Origin: Octopus sinensis
Lineage: Eukaryota
Direction: 5' to 3'
DNA: 64,000 nucleotides
Assembly (NCBI RefSeq): GCF_006345805.1
Contig: NC_043003.1
Span: 68,076,001-68,140,000 of the forward strand
Positions 28,090 to 39,339 of this stretch are shown here, piece by piece. A program made the position numbers and the translations under genes. The notes below the pieces were generated by a model. That model saw only the letters and a program-made list of their open reading frames with translations. It ran no database searches and was not told where the DNA came from. Each line of letters opens with the position of its first letter. The stretch's first letter is position 1.

Positions 28090-29460
28090 CATTCTGTAGC
28101 AATATCTTTTTCAGCACAAATATTGTTGACTGCTGTGTGACTGACAGCGTAGTAATAGGTTTTACTGAGAGGAACATCGCCGCTATTGGTTTCTTCTATA
28201 CCAACACGTGCGGCTATGATGAATGATATATTCAAATCTGGTGCCTTCACTGCACCATTCCTCTTACAGTTCAGAGAATGATAAGAGCTCATGCTTCTTA
28301 TAATATCTTTACTTTATTGATAATTAAGGTTGTTATGAGACCAGTCTTATATATTTTCTCCCTTGTGCGTTCCAAACTTTTAGCAGTACATTTTGTTTTC
28401 CCTACAGCTCACTCTTCTAACATCATGTCATTCATTACACAAAATTTCTCTCTGAGACCCGATACGAATTCAGGGATTACTTCAACGTTTACTTAATGCC
28501 GCAATATCTTGCCGAATGTCATGCAAAATTTCTATTGCAAATCAGTAAATTAGGAATATAAACTCACTATATGTTTTCTGAAGTAACATTTGTAGCGGAA
28601 GATTTCATTTAATCAAATGATTTAGTTATATTATACACATATATACATCATAATTGTGATCTTAGCTCTCGGTTTCTCTCCATTCTTGGTTGCATTTATA
28701 AGCTTTGTAACAATTGTCAGAAAATATGTCATGAAATTAGTTATCCATCCGCTGAGGCAAAAAATTTGTGCTCTTCTGGATATGTTTTTCCCACTATCAG
28801 TATAATCATTCACGTTCCTGATGAGCAAAGTTTTATGGAAATATTAAAACCAGTTACTGAACAGCAAATTCTTTAACAAATAGCACCGTAGCTGTATACT
28901 TTCACTTTTCTGCTTCTCATTCACTTACATATTCGACAAAACATTTGAATACGAAATGAGTTAAGTTAAACATAGCATAACTCATGAAAAATATCGTATG
29001 TTCGGAGTTATGCAGATGGAGAAATGTAATTTTAGCTCATTAATATTACCTCCTCCGTACATGAGCGTCAGGCGATTTCAGAAACCTTCAACCTTCGTCT
29101 CCTTGTAGGAGAAACGCAATTCTCTAAAATCTGATTTGCATCAGTTGTACACTTGCTCTCCTTGCATAGTTTGCTTTAGCAATGGTTTTCTCCGGAGCTT
29201 CAAGATATTTGGTAGAAGCCTACAGTTCCACAGCTGGATGTTTTAACTGTTATTCTTGCATTGTGTGAATTAAGGTGCTTCTTAAAATTATCAGACCAGA
29301 CTACATTAGTATAAACAACATATACTACATGAGATATTGACTCATTCAATTTCCTCTAAGATTAATTTACAACTTTGGATTTTGCTGGAACGACCATGTT
29401 AATTAGTCCATGAAATCCTTAATAGCTTTTATTTTATATGGTGTAGTGGACCAGAAAGCT
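28090..29460 (-). other. Decayed coding-like relic, possibly a DNA transposon
   Basis: Broken minus-strand peptides WSDNFKKHLNSH (C2H2-like), DIFSDNCYKAYKCN and VGKTKCTAK are weakly reminiscent of hAT-type proteins; many stops. Confidence 0.25.
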
Positions 29461-30215
29461 TAAAACGTTTACAAATGAGATTGATAATATGACAATATTT
29501 TTTACACACCCCGTATTAAGTGCATTCTTTAAATTTTTGCAGTCAAAACGTCTGATATGAAAATGGTATTTTTTTAAATAATTAAATTGAAAAAACAAAG
29601 CAACAGAAATGGAAGGAGAATGAGAAAACGTATTAACAAGACAATGAATAAAACTCTAGCTAACAATACGAACGTTGACAAAATATTCTCAGGTTCATTG
29701 TCATGCCGTCTGTTGCGGAAATAACAGAGACACAATTAAGAGAGAAAAAATTTGAGAGAAATGTGCTTGCAGATTTTGAGATTACTGAATAATAAGAATG
29801 TCTGTGAGATATCTATTCAATGAAGTTCATTATTTATTCATGGACAAGATTTGAAGAGAAATTTATCTCTAATAAACCTTTAAAAGAATTTTATAAATCA
29901 ATCGAATAACAATAAATTAAATTTAAAACTAATGTAAGCCTGAAATCAAAATCACAATTATATTTCGTATAATTTAAATGAGTGTTAATTGAAGCATAAA
30001 AATAGATTTGTCAACGAAGCATGAATATGATTATTTATAAAGACATAAAAAATGGAGACTGTGGTGTAGGGAGAGTTTCCCAAAGTCTAAAACAATTTAC
30101 AATGTCTTCTAATGGGAATTAAAAGAAAAAAAATCAATGCCATTTCTCCTCCATCTCATTCTCCACCATATTTCTCGCTCTCCGTCTGCCTGTCTGTAGG
30201 TTTGTCTCTCTCTGT

Positions 30216-30219
<4 letters not shown>

Positions 30220-30252
<33 letters not shown>

Positions 30253-30312
30253 TGTATGTATGTATGTATGTATGTATGTATGTATGTAGTATGTATGTAT
30301 ATATATATATAT

Positions 30313-30366
<54 letters not shown>
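30220..30366. repeat. (TATG)n/(TA)n microsatellite
   Basis: Directly visible. Confidence 0.95.
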
Positions 30367-30368
<2 letters not shown>

Positions 30369-30547
30369 TACTTTACAACCGAAGAGTGTTGTTTGCCATA
30401 AAAATATTTGATTATAAAAAGACAAATTTACTTACAGGAATTTATGTGCTCTTGGTGTGTGTTAATGCGTGTGTGTGTTTGTGTGTGTGTGTGTGTGTGT
30501 GTCTGTCCGTCTGTCTGTCTGTGTATGTGTGTGTGTGCGCGCGCAGG

Positions 30548-31150
30548 GTATTATGCGGACAAGGAAATTAGACATGATAAATATAACAATTTGGGTATGA
30601 AATACAAGACATGTATATGTGTATATATGCAAAAGGAGAGAACGCAAAAAGCGAAGACCTGCGGACAATAAATATTTAAGTATAGATATTTAAGTATATA
30701 TAGATATTTATATTTATAGATCTAACTTACCCAGAGTACAAAAATAAGACAGAAAATTAAAAGGCAACTTCTCTGCATTATAATTTAAACTATATGACGT
30801 TCTGTATCCTGATGACGGACGCTCGATTTGTCCAATATTGATTGCATCCCTTACAGCCGCAAACTGCGATAAACAACATCTGCCAACATTATCATGGATC
30901 TCCGAGCCTCCAGAAACAAGTGTTAGAGTTGTAATACCTTTCTTTCTCCCCTTTAATTTTCTCTGTTGTTCGTACTCTGTGTAGTTTGTATTTATTAATA
31001 TAAATATCTATACATTTATACTTAAATAATCACCGTCTGGAAGTCTTCCTTTTTGCTTTCTCACGCTTTGCATGTATACATATGTATTTTGTATTTCATA
31101 TCCAGACTGTTATATTTAACAAGTCTAATTTGTTTATTCGCATAATTGCC
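30548..31150. mobile_element. Foldback element with about 210-bp inverted arms and a central hammerhead-like core (Penelope-derived?)
   Basis: 30548-30765 matches the reverse complement of 30950-31150 (attatgcg..aaattagac..aaatataaca..atgaaatacaa..gaagac..tatttaagtata..cagagtac..gaaaattaaa). The spacer contains CTGATGA-cggacgctcg...cgagcctcca-GAAAC. Confidence 0.7.
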
Positions 31151-31384
31151 TCCGTATTCACTCAAGTTTGGCCCTTTTACTGTCCTTCTTTACCCCGTAG
31201 AATTGATCTCCTGTAAAGACATCGGAATCTACGTTTCAATCATTTGAGCCCTGGTTTCTTCTATAATGAGAGTCTCTGGAGCTCATCTGAGCACTCCATC
31301 TCTCTCTCTATATATATATATGTGTGTGTGTGTGTATGTATGTATGTATGCTTGCATGCATGTATGTATGTATGTATGTATATG

Positions 31385-31920
31385 TCAGGTCACTTTCGAG
31401 TGCTACTGGTAACATGTAACCCAGTACAACCTGTTGCATGGTCAGGTTGTTGGCGATTGAACCGGCAACCCCACCAAGCTTCCTTGGTGAGGAGGGTGTT
31501 TATTGGACACCCAGCAGGATGAAAAACAAAATCCGTCAAAGGGCGGAGGAACTCTTGAGACTCAACGGCCATCCAATAAATGCCTTAAGGCTGTATCATG
31601 CGCGGGGACATAGAAATAATCGGACTGAATACCCGATCGCGCGATTAAACCATTGGGAGTGAAGGACTCCTTGCCTTTGTTAGGGCATCCTTCTAGGAGA
31701 AGGTAACTCAGGTAACTGGGATAACTGCGACATAAAACCTGCGGTTACTGATGATGTTGACTTGTTCTTCTTTTCGGATTATGGCTGCTGTTGCTTAGTG
31801 AGTGGGATTGACTCAGTGCACTGCCTTTTTTCAGTTCTTGCACAGGCATTGCACGATAACAACATCGATTAAGCTTCGTGCAATGGCCATAATCGATAAC
31901 GAGGGGCAGCCACCATGTAT
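31385..31920 (+). mobile_element. GC-rich, highly structured segment resembling an RTE-type 5' region
   Basis: Multiple hairpins; ggagaaggtaactc...ataaaacctgcgg...cggattatggctgc resembles RTE 5' ends; flanked by (TATG)n. Confidence 0.45.
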
Positions 31921-32141
31921 GTATGTACGTATGTATGCTTGCATGTATGTATGTATGCATGTATGTATATGTGTATGTATGTATATATATTTTATATTTT
32001 ATATTTTACTGGTCCAACCCAGGGCTGAGGTCGTGCTGCTGCACAAACCTGTAATTACTCGGTGTTGTTTTCGATATAGTTTTTGGTGAAGTAGCAAGTT
32101 GGAGAGAGATGCTCTTCGATGAATAAATAAATAAATATATA

Positions 32142-32194
<53 letters not shown>

Positions 32195-32196
<2 letters not shown>

Positions 32197-32415
32197 GCCG
32201 TAGTAAAGACGTAAATGTGAAACAAGATGGAAAAAAGGGTACTCACATACCAGATGTAGCGTAATAGTAATATGCCTCATTCAAAAACAAAAAAAATATA
32301 AGAAATGCTCTTACACAGGGTTTCACGTTCCCGTTCGTCGGACAAACTGTCCCAGGAACGGGAACGTGAAACTCCGAGTAACAGCTTTTGTTATATTTCT
32401 GCTGCTTTTAAAAAA
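32195..32415. mobile_element. Short Penelope-like terminal repeat pair in inverted arrangement, each copy with a mini-hammerhead motif
   Basis: Homologous to 40978-41150; contains the inverted repeat gtttcacgttcccgttc / gaacgggaacgtgaaac; flanked by (TA)n. Confidence 0.7.
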
Positions 32416-32419
32416 TGTG

Positions 32420-32481
<62 letters not shown>

Positions 32482-32497
32482 AGTATGTCATACTTAC

Positions 32498-32520
32498 CTT
32501 TCTTGTCTCTTTACTTAATC
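32498..32520 (-). CDS. Candidate 23-nt micro-exon (..LSKETRK) of an unidentified gene
   Basis: Strong splice sites: tatttttcag|G acceptor and AAG|gtaagt donor; open in phase 1 to 0. Confidence 0.3.
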
Positions 32521-32559
32521 CTGAAAAATATATGTGTGTGTGTATTTGCGCGTTTGTAT

Positions 32560-32760
32560 CTGCGTTTCCCCCAACCACCGCCATTGATTGACAACCTATG
32601 TTGGTGTGTTTCCGCCCCTATAACTTTGCGAGTTACGATAAAATAATGACTGGGCTTAGAAAGAATATGTTCCGAGATTGATTTGTTCGATTAAAACCAG
32701 TTCAGGTTTGACTCCAGCATGGCTGCAGTAAAATGACTGAAACACCTAAAAGAAAATATA
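32560..32760 (+). mobile_element. SINE family A, 3' half, degenerate
   Basis: gacaacctatgttggtgtgttt...ccagcatggctgcagtaaaatgactgaaac. Confidence 0.7.
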
Positions 32761-32929
32761 TATCTACATATATATAAGTAGAGAGAGGGAGAGACAAACC
32801 GACAGAGAGACAGACAGAGACACTGAGAGAGACAGAGAGACAACGAACCACCACATACATACTGGAAATTGACACTTAAACTGCTGAGTGATATCAAACT
32901 CAACACTCATGAGCTTTTCTTTAAAGTCG

Positions 32930-33290
32930 GTTTAGAAGATAGAACTGAAATCCCCATACCTCGCCCTCACCCCCCATATTAATTTAAAGACCATAAAGAA
33001 CATTTTGCCGCGCAACATACCATTCGCCTCATCTTCCCCACAGGCTCTGATACACGTAGTATTAGCAAAGTTATATTAGATAGAATTCTATCCCACCTTT
33101 CTTCCAAGATTACATTAAACCTCTGCACTAACACCACTGAAGCTATCCAGTGGCTTAAATCTTTAATACGAATTCATTCAACTAGATATAGACCTGTACT
33201 ATTCCAGTCCTATTCTCCTATCCTACTAAACAAAGACATCGAATTTGCACTGAAACATTCTAACCTAATCAGGGTAAATGATTCCTTGCA
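32930..33290 (+). mobile_element. Penelope-like element reverse transcriptase fragment
   Basis: LKDHKEHF...RLIFPTGSD..SISKVILDRI...NTTEAIQWLKS, FIQLDID and LLNKDIEFA match the PLE RT pattern TLKDHK..CRLINP..SKxILD..FDIxxFYPSI. Confidence 0.78.
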
Positions 33291-33362
33291 AAAAATCCGA
33301 GTTTTTTTTTTTTTTGTAGAGAAAATCGTGCGAGTGTTACTCAAAACATTTACCAAAGTTAC

Positions 33363-33473
33363 TTTGTAGCGATTGCTTGTAGACTTTGAAAGAACGGCAG
33401 AAGATATCAACACACCTCACACCAATTAATACTTTGTTCGACCAAGTTTGTCCTCTCTCAAAATTACATGTTG
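33363..33473 (-). CDS. Candidate 111-nt phase 1-1 exon (TCNFERGQTWSNKVLIGVRCVDIFCRSFKVYKQSLQ)
   Basis: Acceptor ctttttgttcatttag, donor aaa|gtaact; open only in the phase-1 frame; splices in frame to 32498-32520. Confidence 0.28.
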
Positions 33474-33984
33474 CTAAATGAACAAAAAGTATTATATAAT
33501 TGATTGATTGGATCATCACGATTATCTGATAGAACAATATACCTGCAAGTCAATCGTGCTCAGACTTGATCTGAGAGTAAAACCAAATTTCATTTATATA
33601 TATTCATATAGTTTGGTTATTGTATCAGCGTTAAGGAGACAGAATTATATTGCTTTCTAAGAACATGCCAGATGTGATATTATATTGAGTAAAAACGAAT
33701 GAATTATTTGAAATTCCTTCCATAGAACATCTAAAAAGTTGTTACTTGTACAAATATCTTAATTTTCAGGAAAATAGGTTATTGTTACACCAATGACGTT
33801 CTCGGGGATATAAGTGAAGGGAAACCTATGACTATCAATTAGACGGTTCATAATTGTAGCACAATGGTCTACCGAGTTTGGCTAAAAGCCAGGCAAACAG
33901 ATAATAGGGTTTTTGTAATCACTAGAACTACACTGTACATACATTTACACTGATATGAGTCTGTATCTATATACATACACACAA

Positions 33985-34153
33985 GCAGGAAAAAAAGCAG
34001 ACACGCACACATACTAGCACATATATACCTATATGTATACAGATAGATAGATAGATAGATAGATAGGTAGATAGATAGATAAATAGATATATGCACATAT
34101 ATACAGACAAATACGTATGTAGTACATATATGTGCATACAAATATATCGATAA

Positions 34154-34197
<44 letters not shown>

Positions 34198-34280
34198 TAT
34201 ATAGAAAGATAGATAAGTGTATATAAGTATGTATATATATGCATACATATACGTTTATACGCATGTTTATGTATGTATAC
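33985..34280. repeat. Compound (GATA)/(TA) low-complexity tract
   Basis: Directly visible. Confidence 0.9.
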
Positions 34281-34780
34281 ATCTATCTATTTTTGCATGT
34301 ATGCTGAGAAACTTCAAAAACTTCAAATCAAAAATATCAAGTTTCTATCTATATTCCGTGAGCCACCGAAATATTATGAAAAGGAGTACAAACCTCAAAG
34401 ATGAATTACAACAACGTATATATAGTGATGTCAAAGGAGGGATATCATGCAATATGCTGTTGTTTTATAAAACTAAATCTAAAATGACATAGCAAATGGT
34501 TCAAAACATAGTGTTGATTTTATCCAGATTACATGAATATTAATATTCCTCATTCGAATGATAGACTTCAATACTGCCGAAACAAAGAAAATAATTGATT
34601 TAAATGGTACTTTCTCATGTTTGTATGAATAATGATTTTATGAAGCATAATATATTTAAATATTATATATAGTTGTTTTGTTCTGTTTGTTTATTTTTTA
34701 GATGTAAAATTCAAGTTTGAATCAATAAATTAAAATCATTCACATAATTTTGTAATAACTTGTATATAAATGTGTGTGTC

Positions 34781-35075
34781 TCAACAATAAACATATGTGT
34801 GTGTATGTATATGTATCAATAATAAACATATATATATGTGTGTTTGTGTGTATATATGTGTCACCAATAAGCATATATGTCTGTGTGTATGTATATGTGT
34901 CAACAATAAACATAGATGGGTGTGTATGTATGTGTCAACAATAAACATATATATGTTTGTGTATATATATGTGTCACCAATAAACATATATCTGTGTGTA
35001 TGTATTGTCAACACTAAACATGTCTGTGTATGTATATGTGTCAACAATAAACATATATGCGTGTATGTGTATGTA
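34781..35075. repeat. Minisatellite of about 8 units (roughly 35-45 bp): tcaacaataaacatatatgtgtgtgtatgtatatgtg
   Basis: Anchor tca(a/c)caataa recurs 8 times, separated by variable TA/TG tracts. Confidence 0.88.
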
Positions 35076-35308
35076 CGTATGTACAAGTGAGTCGACGTAA
35101 AAAAATGATAATTTGCTTTGGCTCCATGCAACTTAAGACGACGGGGGCTCGAAAAACGAACTTAGCTCTTCAGGCACACGTAACAGAAGATTACTAATAT
35201 ACGTGAATGAGTGTGTGTATATCTGTGGGTTTCTGTCTCTGTGTGCGCGTGTGTGAATGAGTCTGGGTGTCTGTGCCTGCGTGTCTGTGTGTATGTGTCT
35301 GTTTCTTT

Positions 35309-35494
35309 TAATTTAAAAAGACGCTAGAAACGATAATTCGCTCACAAATGTCGCCTTTTTTTCAATTTAGACGATGTTAAATTTGAGCGTCATAAAAACT
35401 TACAACATACAGATAAAACTAATATAAAATTAGTATTTTCTCGAAGTTCTCTTCTTGCTGTACTAATTTACGTAATTATTTGCAATGTAGAAAT
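35309..35494 (+). repeat. About 187-bp dispersed direct repeat, copy 1
   Basis: Nearly identical to 38800-38986 (aatttaaaaagacgctagaaacg...ttatttgcaatgtagaaat). Confidence 0.9.
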
Positions 35495-35564
35495 ATGAAG
35501 AGAAACATAGGTAGATATATAGACAAACAGACACACAGTCCCAAAGAAAGACGGGCACACACAT

Positions 35565-35700
<136 letters not shown>

Positions 35701-36137
35701 CGATAGATAAATATACAGAAAAATAGATAGGTAAATATCTATATATATATACATCCGAAAGTCTTGATTCATCATGAACATCACAGATGAGTCATTCGAG
35801 AACCTCCGTCAGGTGTATCAATGGACTATATATATATATACACATACAAACAAACACAAATCCGTGCTACACGGAATTTTATCAGTGAAAATGTTGCAGT
35901 TTCAAAGCGACGAAAACATTTTGATAATTTACGTTTAAATTTTGAAGTGAATCTAACGGTTATTGTGTGTATTTTAAATGCCTTATAAACACCTTCCACG
36001 CTGTCATTGTTTTTGTTTGAGCATACGATCTCAGATCAACTCAATTGCTATGCAAGTACATCTCCGTAATATATATATATATATATAAATATATATGAAA
36101 GAATGGAGTTGAACGACGAATTAACAAAATTCCTTTA

Positions 36138-36220
36138 TTTTCGACATATGTTTCGAAGGCTGCATATTCCTAATTGCTAAGGAATAAGGAGTATATTATG
36201 CCACTTTCTCATCAGGAAAA
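36138..36220 (-). ncRNA. Type I minimal hammerhead ribozyme (Penelope-type)
   Basis: Minus strand: stem I UUUUC, CUGAUGA, stem II gaaagtggcata...tatgcagccttc, GAAA, palindromic stem III ACAUAUGU, cleavage triplet GUC, stem I' GAAAA. Confidence 0.8.
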
Positions 36221-36499
36221 GCAAGGAACTTATGTCAACATCAAGATGCACAAAAAACTTTTAGATGACTGCTCACACGGAGCAGATAGTGATAATGAGT
36301 GTCTCTTTAAAAAAATTCCTTTATAAGGAGTGACGTCAAAATGGTTGGATGTAGAAGATTCTAGAACGTTCTAAAGGTTCAAGGATTCAAACGAAGTAGA
36401 AGAGAGGCATAAGAATAGGAAGGTGAAAGGTGCAGTTCAAATGAATGGTGAATGTTCTTTTGTGAATGAGTGTCTGTGTGTGTGACTGTATATAACAGC

Positions 36500-36503
36500 A
36501 TTA

Positions 36504-36540
<37 letters not shown>

Positions 36541-36823
36541 TGCGTGATTGTGTTTGTGGATGGGCGGGTGTCAGAAAACAGACAGTGGTGAGGTGAACGG
36601 TTTGTGTCTGTGTGTTTGATTGTGCTTACTATAGATAGAGGGAAAGAGAGAGAGAAAGAGAGAGAAAGAGGAGGGCGAGGTATAGGGACAAAGGTAACAC
36701 ATACCTCACTGGATTGGGTAGTAGTTCTTTTATATATATATATATATATACATACATATATATATACATAAATATATATACATACATATATACACATAAA
36801 TATATATACATACATATATATAT

Positions 36824-36873
<50 letters not shown>

Positions 36874-36961
36874 TATATACATACATATATATATACACAT
36901 ATATATATATACATACATATATATATATACATACATATATATATATACATACATATATATA
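36500..36961. repeat. (TG)/(GA)/(TA)/(TACA) compound microsatellite block
   Basis: Directly visible. Confidence 0.9.
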
Positions 36962-37239
36962 TGGAGGCGCAATGACCCAGTGGTTAGGGCAGCGGAGTCG
37001 CGGTCGTAAGATCGCGGTTTCGATTCCCAGACCGGGCGTTGTGAGTGTTTATTGAACGAAAACACCTAAAGCTCCACGCGGCTCCGACAGGGAGTGGTGG
37101 CGATCCCTGCTGTACTATTTAGTCAGAACTTTCTCTCACTTAGCCAGCGGGGTGGCGTCATTTGAAAGCTAAAACAATGCGAAGCGCATTGTAACCAGTG
37201 ATGTGTAGCAACATCTGATAGCCTGGTCGGTCACGGTGA

Positions 37240-37240
<1 letters not shown>
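36962..37240 (+). mobile_element. tRNA-derived SINE family C inserted in (TA)n
   Basis: A box tgacccagtggttagg, B box ggtttcgattccc; tail ctgatagcctggtcggtcacggtg; TA repeats on both sides. Confidence 0.85.
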
Positions 37241-37287
<47 letters not shown>

Positions 37288-37357
37288 ATGTATATATATG
37301 TTTACATATATACATATATATATATAAATATATATATGTATATAAAATTAGACAATA

Positions 37358-37868
37358 GAGAAAACCACAGATTAACAAACATCGATTGGACCATACTTAT
37401 AACTTACTTTTTAATACAAAGAATGGCATAGCAAATAGGTGACATAACAAATTTACGGCTGCTTCCGCATCCGTTACCAAACGCTTTCTATAAATAGTTG
37501 TGAAAATAAAATTCTTTATCTTCATAAGACATTCGAATTCCGGCATGGGGCTTCATCAGAGTAAAAAACAAGAACATCCAATATAAACAAAGGGAAGAAG
37601 GAAAAGGAAAGAAAACATGGCCGAGAAAAGAATTCTAGAAGACCAATATATTAAAAGCATATTAGTCTACCATCTTGGGGCTACAAGGTTCGTAGATAAA
37701 AGAGTGATCCAATAATGGTCGAGGGAATACTAAAATACATTTAAGGGGAGTTTCAATTTAGGGGAGGGTGTAAGATGTTATAACTAGATTTCTTATGTGA
37801 TGCTTTGTATTAAAAAATAAGCTATAAATATGGTCCAATGGATGTGTTTGTTAACGTGAGGTTTTCTC
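37358..37868. mobile_element. Foldback element with about 100-bp inverted arms and an internal degenerate hammerhead core
   Basis: 37358-37460 matches the reverse complement of 37765-37868 (gagaaaacc..ttaacaaaca..attggaccata.ttata.ctta.ttttttaatacaaag). The minus strand at 37530-37562 reads CTGATGAAGCCCC...CGAATGTC. Confidence 0.65.
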
Positions 37869-38073
37869 CATTTTATTATTATTTGTATTTGTTTTTTGAT
37901 AAACTCTTCTTTATCCCGTTGTTACCTGCACTCTACATGCATAGTGTGTCTGCACACCAATAGCCGGGGATAACACGAGTAACGAAGAGCGATAGTACAT
38001 ACAGATACGTTATCCCTTAGTCGGTTATTATAACCGGTAACTCTGTTTACACCATATATATATGAGTGTATAT

Positions 38074-38154
<81 letters not shown>

Positions 38155-38799
38155 TGTATGTATATGTATGTATATATGTATGTATGTATTATACATATAT
38201 AGTTCATAGATGAGATCCAATGGTTCTCAGTATAGAAGACAGTATTGTTCAAAGGATTCTAATTTAAACTCTGATGTGTTAACAGGAAGGGGACATCCAC
38301 AAGGTAAAGAAAGGCTAGAAGAGGGATAAAGTTGTGCAGGTAAAGAAACAATTATGCGGATATACAGATTAGATACATGAAATATAGTAAATATGTCAAA
38401 TATACTGGTTAGTGTATAAAATACAAAAAAAAAAAAACATATTTTGTATGCATGCAAAACGAGAGAAAACAAATGGTGGAAATTTTCAGTTAATGAATTA
38501 GTTTTAGAAGAAATATATAAATATATATATATGTATATGTGTATGTATATATCTATAGCTATATCTATCCATATACGTACATAATTACACACACGCGTGT
38601 GTGTATGGGCGCGTGCATGCGTGTACGCGCATGTTTTACATAAATATGTGTATATGTATATCTCTACATACGTACGTACATGCAGGCGCGCGAGTGTGTG
38701 TGTTTGCATTTATGTAAATTGACACACTAACCGAAGTTTAACACTTACGGAGAGCTAGATATGCACATGCAAGCGACTTTTTCAAATTCTTAAATAATT

Positions 38800-38986
38800 T
38801 AATTTAAAAAGACGCTAGAAACGCTAATTCGCTCACAAATGTCGCCTCTTTTTTCAATTTAGACGATGTTAAATTTGAGCGTCATAAAAAATTACAACAT
38901 ACAGATAAAACTAATATAAAATTAGTATTTTCTCGAAGTTCTCTTTTTGGTGTACTAATTTACTTAATTATTTGCAATGTAGAAAT
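38800..38986 (+). repeat. About 187-bp dispersed direct repeat, copy 2
   Basis: See 35309-35494. Confidence 0.9.
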
Positions 38987-39339
38987 TTTCTAATTAGTAA
39001 CTCTTCCAATATCTATGTAGAATTTAGGAGAATACAGTGTCCCTATATATTTTATGACAACATAAGTAAGACAAATTACAACAATTTCAGGACTGGAATC
39101 CGGAATTTTGGTAAGAAAAATAATCTCTATGATTCAACACTGGTTCAAACCATTCAGAGGCGTTTCCTTGCAATTCGATCTTACTGTAAACGCACGATGC
39201 ATGACAAAGGAAATCGCTTCTGTAGGAACGAAAAGAATTCTTGTGATGACAATGTACTCTGGTAGTTATTCTGATTTATTGCTGTTTTAACAGCAAAGAC
39301 GCTTCATCAATATACCAGTGTGTATGGAACTAATATAGG

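Noticed and set aside
34781-35075. CRISPR-like repeat-spacer appearance
   Set aside because: Spacers are low-complexity dinucleotide tracts, the context is eukaryotic and there are no cas genes.
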